Positions 53,501 through 64,000 of a DNA stretch of 64,000 nucleotides are shown here, one piece after another. The DNA comes from Proteromonas lacertae (lineage: Eukaryota), in contig NGBS01001193.1 of assembly GCA_002245135.1 (NCBI GenBank), positions 1-64,000 on the forward strand, in the 5' to 3' direction. The position numbers and the translations under genes are program-made. The notes under the pieces are model-generated. The model did no database searches, was not told the DNA's origin, and was given only the letters and a program-made list of their open reading frames with translations. Every line of letters begins with the position of its first letter. Position 1 is the stretch's first letter.

Positions 53501-56500
53501 GATGTTGAATTTTCAAACTTATCATTGGTTGATACTTCAATATAGTAATGAATAATCTTTGCATCACCATCATATTGTGGTTTTGACCAATACACTAATA
53601 TTGATGTTTCACTATAAGATGTAATAACAACATCTCTTGGAGGTGATGGTGTAACTTTACTTGGATGAATTGGATAGGATATATTAGTAGAAACACTTTC
53701 AATTGAATGATTATAACCACCTACAGCTGTTATTTTAGCATAATATGTTTGATATTCATTCAAATTAGAGATAATTGTTGTTTCAGGTAAACCTCCTCTT
53801 GTTATTCTTATTGATTCTACTCTTGGCTTTGTTCCTTGTAATGTTCCACCATAAGCTGTAGTATCATTTGTATTCTTCAATGTTGATACATGTAATTGAG
53901 CTAATTGTTTTCTATTGCTATTACTATTTCTACTTCCAATAAATGTGATATCATAAACATAACTAAATCTAGTGATTGGTGGAGGTGTTGGTTTGTATGG
54001 TAGTTTTGTTAATTTTACTTCAATATCATATGGTAATGGTAATTGTGTTAAGTAGTTCTTAAAACCATCAGCTGTTATACCAATTGCAGGAATATCATCA
54101 GTGTAATGATTCAAATAGAACACTTTGAATGTACCATTCAAATCTTCAGCTTCTGTTGATACAACAATTCTTTGAACTTCATCTACTGGTTCAATATTTA
54201 CACTTTGTTCTTGGATGTATATATCATTGTAACTATAATCAATACGATAATAATCAACCAATTGTTCACTTAATGTGAAAGAAGGAATCCAATTCAATGT
54301 AACGGTTGATTGATCATGTACAATACTTGTTAATTGTTCAACAGGTTGTGGATAATTGTTCAAATACACTAATCTTGTTACATATTGTAATTCACTGTAT
54401 GAATTCAATTCTTTTGGATAATTTGTTACAGCTACTGATATGAAATAGGGTAAACCAGTGATTAGGTTAGTTAGTTTATATTGATGATTAATGATTTCTT
54501 CAGATGGTATAACAATCCTCTTTCATAAATGGAGTGTTTGATTTAGGATATTTAATTGATTCAATTCTTCCTATTTTGGCTTCTCCACTATTTACTGTTA
54601 TTAAATCTACAGATCCACTGCTTAATTTATCTAAATAATAGATTGTATAAATATATTGCTTTTTATTCTCATCTCTAACTTTATCAATATCTATTTCTCC
54701 TATATCATTATATAAATCCATTAAATCGGTCTTCATATCATATCCACTAGTAATTGATGCTTTATATGAATTTGACAATTGATTCTTATATGATAATACA
54801 AATTCTTTATTTTCATCAATGAAATTAACTATTATTTGTTGATTTGCATAACCATCATATCTCTTTGTTAACTGAGTTGTATTTAATTCAGTTCCATTCG
54901 TATAAACAGTAAATTTAGAACCACAAGTTCCTTCTAAGAATTTGAATACTATAACTTTCTCTTGTTTTTCATCATCATTATAAATATATAAATCAGTTAA
55001 ACCAATAAATGAATAACTCTTTAATGATTTAATCAATTCATATTTATCTAAAATACTCAATGAATGTGTTAAATGATAATCACAATTAATAACAATTTCA
55101 CTATATTTATAATCAATATTTGTTTGATATGAATAAATTGAATTATATAAATAATGTCTTGGTGGTTTAATATGAGGAGTATTATCCATTACATCGTATT
55201 TAATCTTATAATAGGTTAAGTCATTTCCATTATTACTGTCTTCTTCAAATGTTAATAATATTTCAGTTGGACTTGTTGATACAGCAGAAATTGACTTTAA
55301 CTTTGATGGAATTGTAAATGGCTTGATTAATTCAGGATAACTATATCCATAAGAAGAATATCCTAAGTTGTTATAAGCGTATAAAGTCAAATTATATTCT
55401 ACACCAGTTACTAATCCAGTAATAGTAAATTTATAAGAACATTCTATAGAACTATTACAATGTTTATCATTAATAATCTCATGAGTTATCACATCTTCAG
55501 GTGATTTGGATGGTGTTATTTTCAATAAATATTTAATAATTGGAGAACCTCCATCACATTCTGGTATTGTATAAGTCATAAATATTGTCTTTTCATCTGT
55601 ACATTTTGCATATGTTATTGTTGGTAAATCAGGAGGTAAATAAGGTGGTGATAGTTTGTGAGGTATTGATATTTGACTATAACCTAATCCTCTTTCATTA
55701 TAGGGAGATATTCTTACTGTATATTCAATACCAACTTCTAAATTGTGAATAATATAACTATATTGTGATTCTTCAGTATTATTCTCTACTTTGTATATGA
55801 TTGATTGATAAGTATCTGGTGTTTTATATTCTACTCTTGGAGTTAATATTGGTGCTTTACTACATTCATTACCACTACTCAACCATTTATATTCTGTAAC
55901 TACTTTTAACTCATCATTTGAATAAATTTTTATAATATATTTTTTACTCTTTTCATCTAATACAACGATACTTCTTCTAATTGATTTAAGTGAATCTAAT
56001 GAAGCAGTTATTTCTGCAATTGATGATTCATCACTTAAATATCTGGAATATTCACCATTAATCATGAATTGATATCTATTGCAATCTTCACTATCATTCA
56101 TTTCATATTCTTGTGGAATAAATACTTGATCAGCTGGATAATATTCTATTAAATATGATTCAATATTAGATCCTTGATTATCTCTAGATGGTTCAAATAC
56201 AACCTCCAATGAAGAAATCACTTCTTTAGTTGTTATATTTCCGATCTTTTCTAATCTGGACAATTGTATTGAATTAAATAGAATCTGATTGGCTGTCTTC
56301 ATTGGTATTACTGGATTTGGATTAATTGCCCAATCACCTAATCCCATTCCATTGTAAGCAGCAACTCTGATATAATAAGTCAAACCAGCAGTTAAACCTT
56401 CAATTACATATTCAGTTTCTTTAATTTCAATTATTGCAGTTTCTGTTTCACTATAATCACTATTCAAACTCCATTGAACATAATATTTTCTATTTTCTTT

Positions 56501-59500
56501 ATTGCCATTCCAAGAAGTTGGCTCAACCCAATACACTCTTAATTTTGTACTATTTTGTTCAAATAAGTAAACTTCAACATGATTTACTGGTGTTGGTTCA
56601 CTTTGTGGAATTGCTTCTAAATAGATTGGTTCACTTTCTAAATCTTCATCATTAATAGCAACAATTGATACATTCACAAAACTACCTGGTTCTAAATCAG
56701 AGATAATATAAGTGTATGTATAAGTTGATGTTAATAAGATTGTATCATTAAAATCATATGAATAAGTTTCATTATCACTATAGTAATCTGTTGTATCAGA
56801 ATCTGTAAATGAATCATCTTTACCATCATCTGTTACAGTTCCTTCCCTTAATTCTTCAGCTTCTTCTAATTTCAATTCTCTACTTTCTCTATCACTACCA
56901 CCTTCAATAGTCCATTCTATTCTGTATGATACAATGGTTGAACCACCATCATCATTTGGTCTACTCCATGTTAAATTCAATTGAGTATTACTATAAACAG
57001 TCAAAGTGGCATTTGTAACTACTTCAGGTTCAATTGGTTCAGGAATAACAGTAGTTTGATAAGCTTGAACATTCTCTGGATTATGTAATAAATAATTAGA
57101 TGGTATTACTACCTTTGGTTGACTAATAGATTGCCAATACAATTGTATTAATCCTAAATCCATAGAATCTCTATATTCTACTTTAATCTCATAATACTGA
57201 TGAGCCATAAGAGTAATTTTACCATCTGCTTCTAAATACTCAGTATTAATATCAATATTATCACCATAATGTGATATTAATAATTGATTATCAATCCATA
57301 AGTTACAACCATCATTATATCTGCAGGTAAATGTATATTCTTCACTAAATATTGGTTGAATATAACCAATCCATCTAATAGAAACTATATCTTTCTCATC
57401 ACCATATATTTCATCAGTCCAATAGAAATCAATATTACTATCAACTCTTTTACCTAATTCAGAACTTGTCAACCAATGAGATGCATGATAAGATCCTAAT
57501 AAACCACCTCTTGTTAAATGGTATATATTTAATTGATAATTGTCTTTTCTTGGAGTTAAATAATGACAATATTTACTACTTCCATCTTCAGATTCACCAT
57601 AACAATTACCTCTTACTGTTTCAGTACCTAATAAGTCAATATAAAATGCTTCTGGATAATAACCATATTGAGTATTATCTGGACATGTTGAAACAATATC
57701 AGCATAACCATTTGGACCAATTAAATAACTCTCAGCATATAATGGCAAGATATTATCATCATCAACTGATAAGAAATGAATAACGAATGCATTTTCATAA
57801 TTATTACTTTTTGTTACTTCTAATCCATGAATTACTGGTATCTTTAATAATGTTTCTTTAATATTCGATTCTGTTAAAGGTATTTTTATTCTTTCACTTT
57901 GATATTCACCATAAATGAAGTATATTTCACCTTTCATTTTATTATTATTATTATCATCTTCATTATTACCATAATTGTATGTTAGTAATTGATATTGTCT
58001 ATTATCACAATAACTTGAATAGATTCTTGAAGGGAATTTAGTGATAATATTTAAATGAATATTTGGAGTTTGATCAGATAAAAATGTTACTACAAATGCA
58101 ACTCTATTATTATTTCTCGTTACTTCATCTTTTCTTTCAATTTCAACTGGACCAACATTTGGTAATTCAAATAAGAATTCTTTTAATTCATTCTCTGTAA
58201 AACTACACAAGTGTATTTTAGTCTTTGATTCTCCATATTCTATTTCAAATAAACAACTTCTATTCACATTCTTATCAACATAAATAACTTCAATTTTACT
58301 TTGATTGCTTTGTAAGATTGTATTATTCCATTCATCCTTTAATAATATCTCAAATTCAGTGTAATTCTTATAATATTCATTATTATTCAAGTCATTAACT
58401 ACACAATTGGCTGGATATACTTCACTATGATATACAATATGTTGATAAGGTAATTCTCTAGTTTCATTATTCAAACTGAATGTAATTGTATAATTACCAG
58501 CTGTATAAGTAGTAAAATTAACATAATATAAACCATTATCTAATGGTATAATAGTAATATCAGTCTTTTCATCTTCATTTCCTTCACTATCTTCAAATGT
58601 AATTACATATTTATCATTGCCACCTATTTGATTATTACCATAAATATCTTTAGATTGAATATAGAAATATGATTTTTCACCAGCAATACTCTTATATTTA
58701 TTCTTTCCATAGATTGCTGTTATATTTAAATCAGTTTCTGATGGTTTTATATCAATTACATAAGGAGATTCAATAGTTTCAACATCATTAATATACACAT
58801 ATAAATTATAGACACCTCTTATTTCTGGAGTGTATTTCACAGTATATCTACCAGTTGATTCAGTTATTTTATAAACATTGACACTTGTATAATTACCACT
58901 TTTAAATGCATTTTCTAATATTATTTGATTATTTTCTACTGGTAATGCTACTTCAACTATTTCATAATTATAATCGTCATTACCAATTGCTAATTTATCT
59001 CCTCTCTGTATTGATTGTGCATAATTTCTACCATTATTTATAAGTATATACTTTTCACCTGCTTTAACATTAGCACAATATTTACATAATTCCACTCTTG
59101 TATCTGGTTCAATAGTGAATTTATCATTTTCTATTACAATTGGGATATTGGTAGTAGAATCATTAACTCTTCCAATTCCAGCCCATTCATTATCAATACC
59201 AATCATTTTGAGTGTAATTCTATCTTTATTATTCTCATTATTAATTAATATATTCTTATTCAAATCTCTTGAAACTACTGTAAATAATGTTTCAGTATTA
59301 GTGGAGGTGTTATATACATTTTCAAGTGTAGTTTCTATATGTATTTCACTTGGGAATATTGTAACAGCATGTCTAATATAAGATAATTGTCTTTCATAAT
59401 ATAAGTAGTTGGATGGTATAATTTGTCTATTGATTGTTGAACTACTCCATTCTAATGAAATACTTGAATAAGCAACAACTACTTTATATTGGAGTAAGAT

Positions 59501-62500
59501 TGAATGTAATCCTTTTTCAAGTTTAACTTCCAATGTATCAGTTGGAGAATGATTTAACATAAAATCACCAACGATATTTCCATCAATTGTTAATTTCACA
59601 CTGTTATTAGTGTTTATATAGAAAACATATACATCACTAGTTGGTATATCAATAAAACCATTAAACTCAATACTATAATGTTCTGATGGGAAATCTTTCA
59701 ATGGATTTCTATATCCAAAATCATATTTCACTTCATTAGTAACTGTTGTTCCATCACATTGTGATAATAAAAATGGACAGAATGAATTATTACCATATCT
59801 TATCACTGTAAAATCATCATTTTCATAATAACTCATTAATAATCCACCTCTTGTTAATACATTAAAATCAATCAAATAATCACCAGCTATTTCTGGAGTA
59901 TAATTAATAACATATTCACCTGGATAATTACCTATTTGTATATTATCTAATGGTTGTCTAAATCCATTATTATCTTGAGTTAAATAAGCAGTTATTCTTT
60001 CATATCCTTGTAATTCTCTTCTTGTTGGATTGTGATATTCATCATGTAATATAATTCTAATATTTTCATTATGTCCTGAATATACACCATTTCTTAACTC
60101 TACTACTGAATTTGGACCATGAATATTACTTGGTAAAATCTGAGGTATAAATGTATTTCTTATCATTTCACCATCTATTGTAACATTTGGTTGATAAAAA
60201 CCTGACTTTGTAGATATATAAGTAACTGGGATTATTCCACTCTTTTCTGTATTGTTGAATACTTCAATTGTACCATCTGATAGTAAGTTCAATTGTGTTG
60301 TTCCTACAAATTGTGATGAAGGAGCAACATCTACAGTTGAATGATGTATAAAGGTAATTTGGAACTTGGAATTTTCACAGATATTATCTGATAAAATATC
60401 TTCATTAGATATTGTTACATTATCAATTACAATACTGTTCAATATATCTATAAATTCTTCAACTGTCAAATTTGTATCAATTTGAATTGGATTTGAATAA
60501 TCAGATAATAAATAGAATGTTGTATTTTCTTCTTCAGCATTACATATAAACTCTTTAATCTCTACATCTTCAATCTTATTATCTCTTTCATACATATTAT
60601 TCAATGAAACTATGATATTTTCCATCTCATAATTATCTTCGATTTTATTACCTAATAAATATGTTTGAAGTGTATATTGTTCAATAACTGGAGCTGGTTG
60701 AATAGTTGAATCACCATTTCTGTTATGTAAATTGGATATTATTTCTATTGTAGGTATAGTTTCTGATTGATGTGGATAATCTTGATAAGTAAAATGTATT
60801 GTATATATTTGACTTAATAATGTTGATTTATCATTGATTGTTATTTCATCACCATAAGTATTCTTTGTGATTTTAACATCTCCAATCACATCACTATATT
60901 CATCAGCGAATATACTCTCAATTTCTTCACTTGATGATAATGGATATAAATTTCTTGACAATTTTCCATTAATTCTGAAATTATAATATCCAATTACTGG
61001 ATATTCACTTGTAACATTAGCAGTAATCTTCAATTCAGGTTTTGTGGTAAACTCAGGAATTACTGTCTGTGAAATAAACTCAATAGTAAATGTAGAAACA
61101 TCTCTAGTAACTGAACACATTGATTCTTCATCGTTATTACTGTTCGTAATATTGACACTACCAAATATTACTCTTAACTTTACAGCAATTGTATTAACAG
61201 GTAATAATGGATTAATAATTACATATTTACCATTAGAAGTGAAGTTAATTGGAACAGCTATACATTCAAATGTAATTGATGGTAATGTATATTCACTATT
61301 AACATTAGCAGTATTATTATCATTTAATAATCTTTCAGTTTGTATTTTTTCTTCGATTTTTGCATTTACTCTATATACTAATATTTCATCTCTTCTTTGA
61401 TCAGTTAATTGTACATTAAAATGCATTTTTTCGCCTGTTCTTCCTTTTACTAATCCATCATTGTTAGATAATAAATAACTTGATTTAATATCATATTTAT
61501 TATTCTGTATTTGTAATTGATAAGGTGAATTCTTGATTGGAACTCCATTACCATATACATATACATCATAATCACCAACTTTATCAACAATATTATCAAT
61601 ATAATATTCACCTAATGGTTTGACATTCTCAAGCTCAATTCTATTATTATTAGTATTAGGAATTACTTCAAACAAATCATTTGTCCAATAGAATATATCA
61701 CCAATCAATGTAATTTCATAAGTAGTTGAATTAATAGATTGAACTTTAACTGGATGAATATCTGATAATAATATTTGTAAAGCTGATGATGTAATACCAG
61801 GTTCAATTGAAGGTGTAGTTTTATTATCAAACACTACAGCAAATGGAGTATCATCACTATCATCAATGGTTAATAAATATCTTACTGAGGATGATTCTTC
61901 TATTACATTATCACCATCTTTTATTTGTATTGTGAATATATCATAATATATATCAGTATTAGTATTACTGCATATTTTTTCATCATTTTCACTCAAAGAT
62001 GTTCTTACATTTGAAGCAAAATCTCTTGATGTAATAGTGAATCTAATATTATCATGAGCTTTATATATAAATGGTGAATCTGTTGTAATATAACTTGATG
62101 CTGCTAATAATGTATTTGCATCAACATATAACTTGTTATTCTCAATTGGCATTGGAATTATACCATTATATCTAATGTCAATAATATATACATCAGATTT
62201 ATAAAGTGTAAATAACACTTGATATTGTTTATAAAAATCATCCCATCTTACATAAGCTTTTCTATTGTAAATAGCATCTTGAGTATTATTCAATTGAACA
62301 ATTATTTTGTCTTTAATATTTCTTTCAGTGATTCTGTTATTATATATATCATATGGTTCAATGAAGAAATGACTTGATTTTCCTGCGACTGTACAATGAA
62401 CGTTTGGACCAATAATCTTACTGGTATATGGAGATATTGTACCTGGTTTAACAACAACATTAAATGGACTACATTTATTATTCTTATCACTAGAACCACA

Positions 62501-64000
62501 AGATATATCAATATTATCAACACGAATATGTAAATCATATTCACCACTCAATTCTACTATATATTTCACTCTATATTCACCATTACCTATATACTCAGGT
62601 GTTAAATAATAGACAATGTTTGGATTTGATTTGTAGATCATTTCTACAGTCAAGGATTTATCATCTACTTGAATATTAGAATTTTGATTATCTTTACTAA
62701 CAATCACAAATTCAGATTCTACTCCAGCTACAGCAGTTGTTAAACCATTACCATAAGCAGTTGTATAATGATAATAACTTGTACCAGGAACAATATTCAA
62801 ATCAAATGGACTATTCTCTATATCTTCATAAGTATAAAATGCTGTTGATGGTATTAGTATTTTATGTGGATTTGAATAAGTCGACCAATACAATTGTATC
62901 ATAGAATCACCTTGTTCTTTACTAAACTCAATAACAATATCATAAAATGTACCTGACACTAATTGTCTTTCAAAATAATATTGATAATTACCAACATTAT
63001 CAGACTGAGTAGTATCTATTAATAATTCATGTTGGAAATATAACTTTGCACCAGGTAAACTGACTAATTCAATACGATAATAATCATCTTGTGGTATAGC
63101 TAATTTACCAATCCATCTGATACTTATATAATCTTTATGGTATGGTGTAATTTTAGTTGAACCATTCCAATTGAAATCAATCATTGAATCTAATCTTTGG
63201 ATTGTTGGAGTATTACTAAACCAACTATTATCATAATAATAACCCAATAATCCTCCTCTTTTCAATTGTTCAATATGTAAATAATAATTACCAGGTTTTT
63301 CAATGTAATATGATAATGTATAACTTGGAAATCCGTGTAATAACATTTCACTATAAACTACAGCATCTTTACCAAATAAACTATTATCACTACCTTCTCT
63401 TGTTCTTTCTACTTTAATGTATTTGCCTTCACTCATTGAACCAGTCATTTCAACTGTAATTGGGATTAATGATTGATATGGTGTTGGTGGATCAATAAAA
63501 GTGACTTTCCAATCATATAAATCATATTCTAATGAGATTCTATTCACTTCAACTTTACCAAAATGTGGTAATTCTTCTAAGGCAGCTTTCATTTCTAACT
63601 CACTACAATCTAATGGCAATGAATGTGTAATTGATTCTCTGTATTGTAATTTGAAGTTTCCTCTTAATTCTGCTGGATTTCCTCCTCTTAATGAGATTGT
63701 TTGTATTTCATAAATGATTGGTTTAACTACTAACTGATGTTGTGCACCATTTGTATTAGTAAATGTAATTTGATACTGATAACCATAACCAAAATCATTT
63801 CTAGAAACTTCTACATCATTTAACATTGAGAATTTTGATATTAATTCTTTCATTTCACTGGCTGATGCATTCCAAGCTATTGGTTCGGCTTGAATTTCAT
63901 CATCAATGCTTATAGAATACAATCCTTCTTCTCTATCTATATCACTTGAATATGATAATACAATCTGTTGTATTTCTCTTAATCCATTCTCTTCAGTTGC
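41578..64000 (-). CDS. Giant (>7,400 aa, 5'-partial) protein with FN3, PA14 and filamin/Ig-like repeats
   Basis: Seven track ORFs join into one frame via single-base indels (about 54517, 51527, 50746, 48068, 47995, 47652, 46212). Three PA14-like domains (GLLGYYY..IDFNW..SIRWIG), filamin-like AYGNGL..AVAG repeats and many FN3 repeats (W..P..GGS.I..Y.IEW). The frame is open to the window edge. Confidence 0.85.

Noticed and set aside
33882..54502. Stop-codon reassignment explaining the broken giant ORFs
   Set aside because: The downstream ORFs lie in different frames, so these are indels and not readthrough. TAA and TAG end conserved proteins normally, and Trp is encoded by TGG.
1..64000. tRNA or rRNA genes
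   Set aside because: No cloverleaf with A/B boxes or extended rRNA-like GC-rich segment was seen; tRNAscan-SE and Infernal were not run.

Overview
This is a very AT-rich, gene-dense eukaryotic window. It has many tiny GT-AG introns (mostly 26-35 nt) and a TGTTTGTT motif just downstream of several genes, which suggests a Blastocystis-like stramenopile (inference). In order, it contains: the 3' end of an unknown gene, an SLC35D-type nucleotide-sugar transporter, a divergent cullin, and two convergent paralogous MGC-N-terminal kinase+pseudokinase genes. Between those two kinases sits a complete 2.7-kb hAT DNA transposon with TIRs, a perfect 8-bp TSD, a BED finger and a DDE transposase with one in-frame stop. 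Next come an LMBR1-family protein, an SCP/CTD phosphatase, a signal peptide-ectodomain-7TM-RGS fusion receptor, GINS Psf2, and a ~5,000-aa Cys-rich type I membrane protein built from near-identical 1,257-bp exonic repeats. The window ends with a zf-HIT gene whose ATG is split by an intron, an intronless bacterial-type AT3-SGNH O-acyltransferase, a NEK kinase fused to an OGFr_N-like domain, and a 5'-truncated >7,400-aa FN3/PA14/filamin protein punctuated by RxL linker motifs. Many ORF breaks are single-base indels and are most likely consensus errors. All gene models and domain calls were made by eye, with no database search.
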